Shown: positions 14,381 through 30,070 of the stretch, one piece after another
Layout of the letters: the number at the start of each line of letters is the position of its first letter
How positions within the stretch are numbered: position 1 is the first letter of the stretch
NCBI GenBank assembly: GCA_951406725.2
Contig: OX597827.1
Span: 372,001 to 436,000, forward strand
Reading direction: 5' to 3'
DNA from: Octopus vulgaris
Lineage: Eukaryota
Length of the DNA: 64,000 bases
The notes under the pieces: generated by a model
Told to the model about the DNA's origin: nothing
The model's database searches: none
What the model saw: the letters and a program-made list of their open reading frames with translations, nothing else
Program-made: the position numbers and the translations under genes

Positions 14381-14690
14381 TGTATTCCACATATAAACAC
14401 AGGCACACACACACACACACACACACACTTTTACACATACGACAGACTTCATTCAGTTTCTATCTACTAAATGCATTCTCAAGGTCATTCCTAATACTAA
14501 CCACTGTACAGAATGTACTTGATACATTTGATTGTGGCACCAGCATTAGTGAGGTAGCTATGTTTTCAGCAATGTGAGGAAGAGAATAGCAAGGAATTGA
14601 TGTATTGAGAGGAGAAATTAATCATCAGATTGTTGTTTAACTCAAAGAAGCTTGTGATATAGTAAAATGTGTGTATAAAGTGTTTAAATA

Positions 14691-14919
14691 TATTTCTTTA
14701 CTACCCACAAGGGGCTAAACACAGAGGGGACAAACAAGAACAGACAAGCGGATTAAGTCGATTACATTGACCCCAGTGCATAACTGGTACTTAATTTATC
14801 GACCCCGAAAGGATGAAAGGTAAAGTCGACCTTGGCGGAATTTGAACTCAGAACGTAACGGCAGACGAAATACGGCTACGCATTTCGCCTGGCGTGCTAA
14901 CGTTTCTGCCAGATCGCTG
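14691..14919 (-). mobile_element. SINE family B
   Basis: Near-identical to 57555-57787. Its 5' end abuts the right arm of the long inverted repeat. Confidence 0.9.
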
Positions 14920-15442
14920 ATCTTTGTTCTTGATATCATTTGATGAATATAAATGAGAATCATTATCATGTAAGCTATGTTGTTCATTTTCAGTCTTCCA
15001 TGAGAATAAAAATCTCTTGACTTTGGAGAAATATTATCTTGGTTGAAAATAGATAAGAGTTGGTGAGAAGAAGGGCATCTGGCCATAGAGAACCTGCCTC
15101 ACCAAATTCCATCTGACCCATGAAGACAGGGAAAAAAGGATGTTAAACAATGAGGATCATGATGATGATGATATCCCAAAAGGCAGGTTGTTCATGGTTG
15201 CAATAATGTCTTTGATCACAGACTGTCCAACCAAAGCTGACCTTGGGCTAAATGACTACTACTCCTTACTTCTATTCCTTCCCTATTAACCCATTAACCC
15301 TTCATCTCTAAATTCTTCTTTCTTCTATTTTGCACTTCTTCCAACATTTCATTTAATTTTTTCTTCCTTTTTCATTCTTCATATATTTCAGCTTTTATTT
15401 ATTTCATTGTTTCCTACAGCTTTGAGCATTTGTGTGTACGCA

Positions 15443-15521
<79 letters not shown>

Positions 15522-17302
15522 CAAGTGAGATAGAGAACCAATGTGTGTAAGCTTATTTGTGAATGTGAATATTCGGAGAAAAGAGAGGTGAGATAAGCAG
15601 GGTCTCTTTCTATCCCAGCTTTTCTCCCTCATCGTTTCCTACAGCTTTCAGCATTTGCGTGTGCATATCTGTGAGTGCATGCGTATGTGTGAGCTAAACA
15701 GATCTATGATTAAAAGCATTCCAAGTATTTTCTTTACATAAATCTAGGAGGATATTATTCAGTATGTCCTTCGTTTTTTAAGATTATAGGGTGTAATTTG
15801 AGTGAGATTTGGTTGTTATTTCCAACAGATAGACAACGTTTCTACCAGTGTCACCCATGTAAAATGTCTGGTGTTAGGAAAGGCATCCAGTTGTAAGGAA
15901 CAAAAGCCAAACCAGAGTGGAATCTGGTGCAGCTCTCTGGCTTGCTAGCAATGGTCAAATCATTCCATCCATGCCAGCATGGAAAACGTTCATTAAAGGA
16001 TGATGATGATGATGATGATGATAGTGATTGGATGATTAAATGGGTAATTAATTGGTTGCTCAGCCCACTAGACATAGCAGCTAAATCTTACTCAAGTCAC
16101 ATACATATCTAATATCTCAAAATAAAAGAAGGGTAGAATGGATAATATAATTCCAGATAAAAAATGGGATGGTCATAAATGGAACTCTTTTGACTGTAGG
16201 TCTGCTCAGAGTTAACATGGGGCTAAGTAACAACAGTAAACAAAAAATAGTTTCACCAAACAGTGAAGTAGCCTGTACCTGGTCACTTGATCTGTTAGAA
16301 ATAGCAACCAAATATCTATTAAATTACTTTCTACATTCTTCAAATAGTAGGAAAGACAGTGAATATGGCTGGTTGGATCGTCAAAGCTCAATAATGAAGA
16401 TTCAGATGTTTGATCAACTGAATTAGCTGTTTGTTAAATCAGCATGTAAGTGGCTGAGTATTCCACAGACACGTGTATGCCTATTGTAATTCTCAGGGAG
16501 GATAAGCATAACACAATGTGTGACATAGTTATACTTTTGAATTATGGGTACAATCCACCCAATGGGCTTCTACATCTGTTTCTATCCACCCACTTTTACT
16601 TCCAAGGTATGGGTTGAACTGAGGCTGTAAAAAAATGACATTTGGCCAAGATGCTATGGAGTAGGATTGAACCTTGGACCTCATGGCTACACAATGAACT
16701 TCTTAATCATTTCACCTTACTGCGCCTACACAACAGATATATTATGTGACAAAAAATGGTGTCCCATGGCTGCAGTCCAATGAATGAAACAAGATAAAAG
16801 AGGACAGGATGGTCACAGATGGACTCTTTTTTTTTGGATCATAGGTCTGCTTTCGACCAAGGGTTAAAGATGAAAAAGAACAACAAAAATGAGCAGCTTG
16901 TTTTGTGTGTGTTTTTGGTCTTTTACTCTTTTACTTGTTTCAGTCATTTAACTGCAGCCATGTTGGAATAACGCCTTGAAGGGTTTTTGTTGAACAAATT
17001 GACCTCAGGACTTATTCATTAAGCTTGGTACTTATTATTTCAGTCTCTTTTTGCTGAACTGCTACGTTATGGGGATGTAAACACACTAACACTGGTTGTC
17101 AAGTGGTGATGGGGGGAAAAACACAGATACGTAGGTGCAGGAGTGGCTGTGTGGTATGTAGCTTGCTTACCAACAACGTGGCTCTGGGTTCATTCCCACT
17201 GGGCAAGCATCTTCTACTATAGCCTCAGGCTGACCAAAGCCATGTGAGTGGATTTGGTAGACGGAAACTGAAAGAAGCCTGTCGTATATATGCATGTATG
17301 TG

Positions 17303-19039
<1,737 letters not shown>

Positions 19040-19296
19040 TTGTGTGTGTGTATATGTTTGTGTGTCTGTGTTTGTCCCCCCAACATTGCTTGACAACTGA
19101 TGGTGGTGTATTTACGTCCCCATAACTTAGCGGTTCGACAAAAGAGACCAATAGAATAAGTACTAGGCTTACAAAGAATAAGTCCTGGAATCGATTTGGC
19201 CACAGTCAAATGACTGAAACAAGTAAAAGAGTATACAAAGGCACACACACACACACACACACACACAGATATATACATATATATATAATGTATATG

Positions 19297-19450
19297 ATGG
19301 GATTCTTTCAGTTTCTGCCTACCAAATTCACTCACAAGGCTTTGATCAACCCAAGGCTATAGTAGAAGACACAAGCCCAAGGTGCCATGCAGTGAGACTG
19401 ACCCTGGAACCATGTGGTTGAGAAACAAACTTCTTACCTAACAACCATGT
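19297..19450 (-). mobile_element. SINE family A head
   Basis: Reverse complement of the family A 5' half. Confidence 0.8.
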
Positions 19451-19975
19451 CTTATAAAGGGTTTTATAATTAAAAATGAAATTTTTTTTCGTAAAATACA
19501 AAAATTTTGAGTGAGCAAAAACAATTCCAATGAAGAACAGATATTTGAGAGACTTTCAGTACCAATATCAAATTCTCATTAAAATAAAAACAACAAAAGG
19601 AAAGCAAGAGAAAAAAACACCAGAAGCAAAAAATTATACAGTTTCTGTCATTTAGGATTTGAAGTGGCAATCTTTTGGAAATAGAACACGAACTAAACTG
19701 GCTGTATTGATGTTTATTTAACCTTCTAGCGCCAAGGGAACATTTTGCAGCTTAGTAAATATCCATTGCTTAGAAGGAATTTCCATAATCTCCTCTCTCT
19801 ATACATAAACAGAACATTTCCTTGCTTCCCTTCTGCTATTTTTGAAATCCAATTTTTCATGATAATTTCCTAATACAGCTTAATCTTCTTTCATTCTTTC
19901 AGTTTGCAAATGAGATTTTGATTAGCTGACACACACACATATTGATGTGCGTGTGTGCATATTTATATACGCCTG

Positions 19976-20008
<33 letters not shown>

Positions 20009-20468
20009 CTATTACATGCACACACACACATACACACTCACATACACAAATACAAATATACATGTATGGTTATGTATATATGTCTATATATGCACATATG
20101 TAAATATATATATATTTATAAACGCACACATACATATAATATATATATATATACACACACACATGTATGGTCATGTATATAAATATGTATATAGCTATAT
20201 ATGTACATACATAAATGTGAAAAATGAGTATATTCATATGTGTGTGTGAAAATATGAGTGTGTGTATATATATGTGTGCTTATATATACATGCATATGCA
20301 TATAAGCTATGTGTGTGTATTTGTGTAGACACATGTATCCATGCACACACACACATGAGTTTTTACATATACATAAATGTGTGCATACACATGTGTATGT
20401 GTCTGTGTGTGTTCATGTATGTATATATAAGTCTTCATTATCTTTGCTACATTCTCTCATTCTCTCAG

Positions 20469-20500
20469 CAATACGTAGTCTGAATGTTGCTGAAATGTAG
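20469..20500 (+). other. Candidate 32-nt microexon
   Basis: Acceptor tctttgctacattctctcattctctcag and donor TAG|gtaaag. Unique sequence beside a microsatellite sea. Splice signals only, no homology support. Confidence 0.35.
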
Positions 20501-20747
20501 GTAAAGGAAAGAGAGAAGGAAAATGAAAAATAAAGCTAAAAGTAAAAGATAAAGAATGCCCCCCCCCCAAAAAAAAACAACAACAAAAAACAAAAAAAAC
20601 ACTAGAATAAAGGATTATTTTTTTCTAAGTCAAGAAATCCTAGAAATTTTTAGCTTTAAAATAATAAAGAAGATTTAAATAAAAAAAATGGTGTAAATGT
20701 TTTATTTTGTTCATGTTTTTATTGGTTCTTTTTCTTTATTCTCCCAG

Positions 20748-20815
20748 GACTGTTTGTCCTCTGTGAAGCCTTAATATTGGACAAAACCTGAACTGTTCAC
20801 TAATAATGATTAAGA
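20748..20815 (+). other. Candidate start of a terminal exon
   Basis: Strong pyrimidine tract ttctttttctttattctcccag|G. Stops in all three frames within 45 nt, followed by AT-rich UTR-like sequence. End coordinate is arbitrary. Confidence 0.3.
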
Positions 20816-21920
20816 AAAAAAAAAAAAAAAAATATTGATCAGTTGATTATTAATAATTTATTATTTTTTTTTTGTCTTTTGGTAAATGTAATTTTTAAGG
20901 AACCAAAAGGAAAAAGTCTCATAAAAAAAAGTTTCAGATGGATTTTCTTTCTTTTCTAATTCAACTTTTATATTGAATAGAAAATCCAGAATTGCTGGTA
21001 ACATACCATAAGTTTGCATTGCCAATAATACAATTCAATCATAACGCATGTTGCTTCTTTGATAAAGAGCCTTAGCTCAAAATATCATACTCTTTCCTTT
21101 CCTTACAGTAACTCCATTTATTTAAATCATGACCCATCCTCATTTTATATTAATTAAAGATTTTACATTTGGAGTCAGAAGTTGCTTTTGTTTTTGTCTA
21201 GCCCTAACTGAAAAAGCCTATGATCAAAAGCATTCCAGCCATGACCATACCATCTAGAGAACACGGGACTACATTATTAATCATGGATAATGTGGCCCAC
21301 TCTTTTCCCAAATGGTGGAGTGTGATTTGAGGTAAATCTAGTGGCTGTTTCTAGCTGGTTGACTGATTAATTTGAGACTCCCTTGTTGTTATGGTAGTTG
21401 AGTTGTTTATCTTCAAAGCAGCCTTGAGTGAGCAGATCAAAGCTTGTCTGTCTGTAACTATCTTGTGTTTTTGTTTATCCAGAATTACAACATAATGTTG
21501 GAAGGAAAAGAGTGGAATATGTTAGGTGGAGCCGGGGGGGGGGAACGATGTGGGATGTATGGAAGGTGAGATTATATGGAGGGTAATGAAAGAAGTAGAG
21601 TGTTAGGTGGGGACTTAGAGGGAAATAGGGATCTAAAGGGGAAGTGTGGTATCTGGAAGGGAAGATATAGCAGAGGAAATGGAAAGAATGTAAGGTTGGG
21701 GCATGTGGGTGACATTTGCTACCTGGAAGGTAAGACAAATTGGGGTGGAGAGTCAGGGAAGGAGGAAAAGGGAGTCTGTCAGGTAGAGGTAAGGGTTAAG
21801 GACTTAGGGAGTAAAGTGTGGTATCTTGTAGGTGAGACATACTGTGGAGATAATGAAAGGAAGAGAGTGTATCAAGTAAGGCCCAAAGGAAATCAGTAAA
21901 CAGTTTTGTAGTTCAGAGGA

Positions 21921-21966
<46 letters not shown>

Positions 21967-23569
21967 ATGAATAGTTGTAGACCATTTCAGGTGTACCATG
22001 GATATAAAAGATGAAATGAGTGTGGCTGTAATGCCTTTAATTACAGGTCAACTAAGTTAAAACTAACATAAGTCTGAACAACAACAGAGATAACACTCAA
22101 TAAGCTTCATACAAGTCATTTTAAAGACAGAATTATTGCATAACTAAGACTCCATACTTTTTCTTCAGCAGCCATTGTTATTTTGGACACCAAAACTACA
22201 TCAATGTCAATTTGAATATGTCAAACTTTAAAAAATGATCCATCATCATTATTTCTAAATTTTTTTTTTGAAGATTTGTTAAGATTTTTCATTGTTATTC
22301 TTTCTTTATATTTATATATATGTATATTTTAGAATTTGTTGTTAGGAAATAAAAAATAAATAAAGAATAAAAAGGGAACATTTACAGATTACTTTTTCAG
22401 TCAATAGGAAAACTGCAGCTATGATCATTCTTTTGAAACTGTAACTTGCTAATGTCTCTTATAATAGCGACCAAATTTGGTAGTAGTGCAGTGCAGCATT
22501 CTGTTTAAAGCACAATAAATTAAAAAGAGAGAGAAAAGCAAAACAGTTTATTGACAAACTGTAGACAGAAAACCAATGATGTTTTAATCATTTTAAAGAT
22601 GCGTCTGTTGCATAATACCACAACACAACACTATTGTATTCTTCAAGTAACCACAACCAAGATATATTGCATCATGTCTTGCCAACAATCTCTGCTCCCC
22701 CATTAGTTTTGGTAAGTTCACAGTTTCATATTGTATGCCTCTGTCAAAAACATCAATATAGTCTTTGTCCTGTGTTAGGATGTGAATAGGAGCAACAACC
22801 AGTAATAATGAAATGTTTAGCTTACATTATAATTAGAGATTAATAGTATTATGTTGTTTATAACAAAATGGCTAAGTGGTTGGGGTTATTCAGCTCACGA
22901 TTATAAGGTTATTAGTTTGATATGTGGCAGTGTGTTGTGTCCTTGAGCAAGATGCTTAATTTCAAGTTGCTCCAGTCCACTCAGTTGACAGAGATTATTG
23001 TTTGGTGCAATAGTAATAGTCAACAAAGCCAATTCATCATGGGTATAATAGAGATTGAAGAAATGTCTCTATAAATTCGCTCATTGGTCTTGTAATCTGA
23101 TGCTGTGAGATGCTTTGAACTGTCAGAAGATTGGAAATGGAAATAATAATAAAATACATATGAATACAAATAAATATATAAAATAAAAAATGGAAAATTG
23201 AAATTTAAAGATGTCTAAATTATTATATTTTTGTTCTAAAATCAAGTTTGGATTCATGAGACAGTGTCCTGCGGTGGGAGTCCAAGAATGGCATTGGAAA
23301 GATCAGTACTGTTGGAAGGTATTCAATTAAGTGGGACCAAACTGAGGATATTAGTCAGAGGGTGATTAATGATGGTACAAAAGAAGCAAAAGTTCAAAGA
23401 ACACAATTTGCGAAGGTATGGAAAATGTAGAGAGTCTCTGGCAGGTTTTAAAATTTAAGTGATGTAGTCATATTAATATGTCATTCTGCCAAATCACAGG
23501 GTTTGTATGTAAGGAGGCATTGTGAAGGAGACGTGCAATAGTCAAAGAAGCTTCAGAAATAAACAGATA

Positions 23570-23900
23570 TCTCTATGTATATAAACGGCAAAATGTCTGT
23601 GTGTGCATGTCCTTTATACAAATCCACAATTTTTCGGTTAGACGGCTCGCACTTTCTATGGTCATTTAAAACCGTCCAAGGGTGGTCGTGCACAGCTTTA
23701 CATTTCCCCAGTCACCCCGCAAAGCCATTAAAAAATCAATAGAAGTAACTTTTTTGTGAATTTTCTATCCAAAACCCAATCAAAATGCCCGAAACTTGAT
23801 ACGCCAATTGAATGCCAGCTAGTTGTATGTGATTGGTCAGAGATTTGGACAGTACTCGCATGTATGTGCACACGCACGCAGCTGTATATGCATGCACTAG
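23570..23900 (+). mobile_element. Non-autonomous Helitron-like fragment (5' end)
   Basis: a|TCtctatgtatataaacggcaaaatgtctgtgtgtg start resembles the Helitron 5' end at 30840. No clear 3' hairpin. Confidence 0.5.
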
Positions 23901-24333
23901 CACTATAAAAATATAAGATTGGGAATTATATATGATCCAAATTTAGTAGAGTATGATCTAAGTAGTAGAGAAGAAAAGAAGGAAATAAAGTAGATAGTAG
24001 TTTGTTTGAGAAATTGAGGAAAGATATAAAAGGAAATGAGAGGGAAGATGCCTCTTTATCTAATAAAGTAATATTAGCTTTCCTTAAAGATAATGTTAAT
24101 TCTAATTTATACTTGCAATTTATAATTAATTCATTGGATTTGTTTTATAAATTAACATTATTAGTAAATAATTATTTTTTACTTTCAGGTTGTTTTCCAT
24201 TGCTTCCCCCATTCGATAAATACTTATTCAACTATAGCCTCTCTATTTCCTTTCTTGGATCCGTTCTATGGTTTTATGTAATTTATTTTATCCTCACTAC
24301 TAATATAAGGGCAAACTTCACTCCAATTCTAAC

Positions 24334-24396
24334 TGACTGATGATAGTAGCACCTACATAACAAGTTGTCATGTAACTACTTGAAACACATGTATTA
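24334..24396 (+). ncRNA. Type I hammerhead ribozyme motif with degenerate stem I
   Basis: CTGATGA at 24337-24343, stem II (t)AGTAG/CTACT(t) with inner TACAT/ATGTA, GAA, AC-ACAT-GT, GUA triplet. Stem I is only 3 bp. Confidence 0.6.
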
Positions 24397-24596
24397 AATG
24401 CATTTGAAAAATAATAGTAATTGGTTTTATGATAAGTCTAATAATAATAATACATGAATCATATTAATAGCAATCTACCATAATCTTGTTTAGATAATAT
24501 GGTTATCAAGCAATTTGGGTATAGAAGTGGAATGTTGACCTCAGCTTTGAATGAAAAATATCTAATGTAGTGCAATGCATAAAGGCATACTATTGA

Positions 24597-24638
<42 letters not shown>

Positions 24639-24742
24639 TTGCTACTTAAGCCCTCTGCAACCAATGGCACATAGGCCATCAACAACTTTTCTCCTCTGTT
24701 CTTAACTCTGGGTTGTCTTTTCCTCTTCCAGGTCTTTTGCTG

Positions 24743-25038
24743 GTTTCAGTCATTAGACTGCAGCCATGCTGGAGCACTGCCTTGAAGGGTTTTAGTCGAA
24801 CAAATCGACCCCAGGACTTACTTCTTAAGCCTAGTACTTATTCTATTGGTCTCTTTTGCCGAACTGCTAAGTGATGGAGATGTAAAGACACCAACACTAG
24901 TTGTCAAGCAGTGATGGGGGGACAAACACATACACAAAGACACACATACACATAAATATATACATGCAAATATGTATGTACATATGTATGTATGTGTGTA
25001 TGCCCGAGTGTGGCCGCAGTCCTTGGACTGAAACTTAG

Positions 25039-25075
<37 letters not shown>

Positions 25076-25226
25076 ATTTCTTTCAGTTTCCGTCTACCAA
25101 ATCCACTCTCAAGGCTTTGGTCAGCCTGGTGCTATAGTAGAAGACACTTGCCCAATGTGCCACACTGTGGGATTGAACCTGGAACTATGTGGTTGGGAAG
25201 CTAGCTTCTTACCACACAGCTATGCC
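24743..25226 (-). mobile_element. SINE family A
   Basis: Reverse complement of head and tail with internal microsatellites. Confidence 0.85.
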
Positions 25227-26741
25227 TTGGTTTTTAATTGTCACCAATGCTTTTATAATTTTCCTTTTTTCTAAGTAGGGGGTTTGCCTTATGTAAACCT
25301 ACTTTAACTTCTGGGAAGAGGTGGTCCAATTAACCTGGCTCCTGTTCTTTAACGTGCTCAGCATGGGAAGCCTTGCCAGGAGCTTGCGCTCTACTAGCAT
25401 AATTCTGGGAGTCAATGAGGTACACAAACCACCACAGTGTAACAAGATGTGGATCTTGTGGTGGATATATATGTGTGTGTGTGTGTGTGTTTATGTGGAT
25501 ATGTCTGCCAGGTCAAAATTTTACCAAGGCCTCATTTCAGAAGGTTTATTGTGATAAAGACAGTGCATTAGAGATAGAGACAGTGGCGATTATGAGGGTG
25601 GTGGCAGATGTGATGTCGTTGGTGGATGTGACAGTGATGGTGTTGGTGGATGTGATGGTTTTGAAGGATGCGATAGGGCTGGTGGAATGGATGCAGAAGT
25701 GCTGTTGGATGCGATGGTGTTGGTAGATGCAATGATGTTGATGGATGTAGCAGGTTTAGTGAGGTTTGAACTAATCATAATGCACATTGTTGTTTGTTGA
25801 TGTTGTTTAGAGCACTAATGAATTAAAGACTAAACAACAACAACAACAACAACAGCAACACCAACAAAACTTAAATATCTTTCCATATGTTTATTTATTC
25901 CAAAATTACCACCATTGCATTCATCACTATAATTGTCATAATCAACTTCATTATTATCAGGATCATCAGCATCATTATCATCAGGATTATCATCAGCATC
26001 ATCATCATCATCATCGTCATCATCATCATCATCATCATCATCGTCATCATCATCATTGTAGTTGTTGCTTTGTAAGGTTTTGTTTTACATTTTCTTCTTG
26101 CTGTCTAAATTTCTAATTTTTAATCAGCCGCATCATCATCATCATCATCATCATCATTATTCCTGTCACTCTCAGCCATCACCACCATCGCAACCTCCAT
26201 CATCATGCCACCACCACTACCAATACAATTTTTCCTACATTTCCTGCCTTTATTCTGTTTAATCGCTTTCCAAATTTTTTACCATTATTTATTAATGCGT
26301 TTTACAGACATATATAGACATACGCATACACAGATAGAAAGAAGTGTTGACACATAAATGTACACACACACACACACACACATACACACACACACACTGT
26401 CATATGCATACACACATACAAGCACTGATACATTTAGACAAATGTATGCACAATGTGATGCATACACACACATGGATGTATGTACACTTATGCAGACAGA
26501 CACATGCACATACACACAATCATACATATAAGTACCCATACGGCCATATATATGCAAAAACCTCCATCCCCTAGAAATATTGTTTTGCTTTAATGAAATT
26601 AAGGAAGAGAAATATCGTTAGTTTTAAAGTATGGGTTAATCTTATTTGAGATCAAGCCTAGTCTTAACTAGATGTTGGTCTTAATCTAGGGTTTAATCTT
26701 AACTACACTTGTTAATCACAGCTGATTATGACAGCTGGATG

Positions 26742-26798
<57 letters not shown>

Positions 26799-26800
26799 CA

Positions 26801-26832
<32 letters not shown>

Positions 26833-26970
26833 GAAGATGATGTTGATTGAGAAATTAAAAAGAGAATATGCTAATTAGGAATAAAATAAATTGAAAAAAT
26901 GACAACGAACATAATTGGGTGTAAATGAATAAAATGTAAATGAGATAGATAGAAATAGATAGATAGATAC

Positions 26971-27029
<59 letters not shown>

Positions 27030-28009
27030 TCAAAATGAAGAAAAAGAAAGGGAGAATAAATTGGAGTAAAAAAAGAGAAAAAAACAAAAGGGAACAAAAA
27101 TGAAAATATAAAATATATAAAACAAAGAGAAAGTTAAATGAAAGAAAAAATGAAACAAAAGAAAATTGGAGAAATAAAATAAAAATATTTAGAAAAATGA
27201 GAAAAAAGAAAGAAAGAAAAGAAAATATAAAGAAAGAATGAAGGTGAGGAGAATAATAAGAAATAGTGAAAGAAATGAAAGAAGATAAAAAAGATAATGA
27301 ATGAAATGAAGCATAAAGAGAGTGAGGATGGAAGGAGTGTGAGAATAATGGAAAGTAGAAAGAGTGGGATTGAAGGAGAGAAGAAGGAAGGAAGGAAAGA
27401 AGAGGAAAACGAATGAAAAATTGATGACTAGAATGGACGGATAGAGAGAAGAAATGAAAGAGAAAATGAAGAAATGGTTAAGAAAGAAAGGAAGAAGGAA
27501 AGACAGGTGGAAGAAATGAGGGAGAGAAAATAGAGAAATAGAGAGAAACATAGAAAGAAGGGAAAAGCATGAAAAAGGGAGGAGAAAAAAGAAAAATGAA
27601 TAAGGGATAGAGAGAAAGAAGGAAAAGAAAAGAAACGAGAGGAGAAAAACAAACACAAAAGAAAAAGGTAAAACAACAATGAGAGAAAAAGGAAAGCCAA
27701 AGAGAAGGAGGTAGAAATGAAAGAAAGAATGAGAACTTAGAAAGGTTTCAAATTTTGACACAAGTCCAGCAATTTTTCAGAGGGAAAAGGGGACTTATTT
27801 CAATGACCCCGAAAAGGTGACTGGTGAAGCTGACCTTGGCTGAATTCAAATTCTGAAGGTAAAATATTGGACGAAATGCTGGTAAGCATTTTATTTGATG
27901 TGCCAACAGTTTTGTCAGTTTGTTACCTGAACAAATATTTAGAACAATGGCTGCTACTTTATCACGTGACCTACCACAGTAGCCAGAGTCGAGTCAACCA
28001 TTTTTTACA

Positions 28010-28233
28010 TACTCTCTTTACTCTTTTACTCTTTTACTTGTTTCAGTCATTTGACTGCGGCCATATTGGAGCACCGCCTTTAGTCGAGAAAATCGACCCA
28101 AGGACTTATTCTTTGTAAGCCTAGTACTTATTCTATCAGTCTCTTTTGCCGAACCGCTAAGTTACGGAGACGTAAACACACCAGCATCGGTTGTCAAGCG
28201 ATGTTGGGGTGGACAAACACAGACACACAAACG

Positions 28234-28276
<43 letters not shown>

Positions 28277-28437
28277 GACGGGCTTTTTTCAGTTTCCGTC
28301 TACCAAATCCACTCATAAGGCTTTGGTCGGCCCGAGACTATAGTAGAAGACACTTGCCCAAAGTGCCACGCAGTGGGACTGAACCCGGAACCATGTGGTT
28401 GGTAAGCAGGCTACTTACCACACAGCCACTTCTGCGC
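28010..28437 (-). mobile_element. SINE family A, full length and young-looking
   Basis: Complete head to (ttttactc)n tail. Partial second head at about 28488-28590. Confidence 0.9.
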
Positions 28438-28626
28438 TTATATGGACCTCTTTTTATTCCTATTTTGCTAGGGTAGGGTAAAGTTATTGTAGAAGACACT
28501 TTACCCAGGGTGCCACGCAGTGGGACTGCAGCCGAAAGCATGGGGTTGGGCAGCAGGTTTCATACTACACAGCAACGCTTGCCCTGCGCCTATATACATA
28601 TATATATAAGTACAAAAAATGTTTGC

Positions 28627-28829
28627 TGAATAAACATACAACATAACGCATATTGAGTGTAAAACCAGAGACAAACACAGCAGGTCCCTAATTCTTCTTA
28701 AGTTATCACATTTAGGTGCGAAACTGTGTATTAGTAATTGGTTGATAACTGATGAAGAATTAGGGACCTTCTGTGTTTGTCTCCCGTTCGGTTTTACACT
28801 CAGTATACGTTATGTCATATGTTCATTTA
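28627..28829. repeat. Fold-back/MITE-like inverted repeat with about 80-bp arms
   Basis: ataacgcatattgagtgtaaaacc..gagacaaacacagcaggtccctaattcttc..agttatca pairs with tgataact..gaagaattagggaccttctgtgtttgtctc..ggttttacactcagtatacgttat. Confidence 0.85.
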
Positions 28830-28997
28830 CCATATATTTTTTATTTATTAAGTAATGGAACGCGACACACACCGAATTTGTGTATATATATATGCAAACC
28901 ATGAAGAAGCAACGCGCTATGATGGCCTCAACACATGTTTAGTTCCTGAATGACGTGAATATGCAAAGTTAACATTTGGTATGCTGAGAAATTTTAT

Positions 28998-29147
28998 AGG
29001 TGCGCGGGATTGCTGCGTAGTAAAAAAGTTGCTGCCCAACCACAAGGTTCTCGGTTCAGTCCCACTCCGTGGTACCTTGGGCAAATGTCTTCTCCTATAA
29101 CCCCAGGTCTACCAAATCCTTGTTAGAAGGTCCGGAATAAATCTGTC

Positions 29148-29231
<84 letters not shown>

Positions 29232-29416
29232 GTGTGTGTGTGTTTGACATCCGTTGTTTGTTTATGCTTTCGGAACTTAGTGGTTCGGTCAAAGTGACCA
29301 ACAGAATAAATATTAAGATTAAAATTAAGTACTGGGGGTCGATTTGTTCGACTAAATCTTTTAAGTTGGTGCTCCAGCATGGCAGCAGTTCAGTGCAGTA
29401 AAACAAGCAAAAGATA
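28998..29416 (+). mobile_element. SINE family A, diverged, with internal (TCTA)n
   Basis: Head and tail similarity to family A. Another head at about 29863-30030. Confidence 0.75.
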
Positions 29417-30070
29417 AGCACTAACCACTGTCAACACTTCACAGTTTCTGTTCTTATGTTGAGTCCAAACACTTTCGCACGTCTCTGCAGTCTTCAGAGG
29501 CGTGTAATAGTCCAGGAGCCGTTTTGCTTTATCAATTTTTGCTTACCTCAATACTCCACTTGTTACGCTCTTCGCAAATTTAACTCAAACTTAAAAATCT
29601 GCTACCGAACATACTCGAAGGTACTCTGAGATGATTGAAAATTCATAAGACAAGAAATAAATCACCTAATTAACCAAAACAACATAGAACCAATTAGATC
29701 ACCGTGAAGAGGTCAGGTTGTTTGAAGAATAACGAAAATCACAAACGACCTGATTGTCATTGATTTCTCAGCCACTCTCGATATTCTTGGTGCTTTGCCG
29801 GTGTCCACCATTGATGAATTGACGCATACTATATCGATAGGAAACATACTTATTATCAACTATAGGTGCACGTAGGGCACTGTGGTTAACAAACTCGCTT
29901 TGCAGCCACGAGGCTTTGGGTTCAGTCCCACTGTGCGGTTCCTTGGGCAAGTGTATTCTACTATGGCACCAGACCAACAAATACCTTGTGAGTGAATTTG
30001 GTAGGCGAAAACTCAGTGGAAGCTCATCGCATACATACATACATACATACATACATACATACATACATAC

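Larger units (their letters stand above)
13589..15413. repeat. Long inverted repeat with 494-bp arms (13589-14082 and 14920-15413)
   Basis: Arms are reverse complements with one mismatch seen (attcattaaatg vs attcatcaaatg). Spacer is 837 bp. A diverged outer extension pairs about 13215-13420 with 15414-15660. Confidence 0.95.

Noticed and set aside
27040-27735. Phe/Leu/Ser-rich membrane-like ORFs
   Set aside because: Reverse translation of a low-complexity purine-rich tract.
29455-29505. Minus-strand hammerhead-like CTGAAGA...GAAA
   Set aside because: Stem I cannot form and stem II is out of register.
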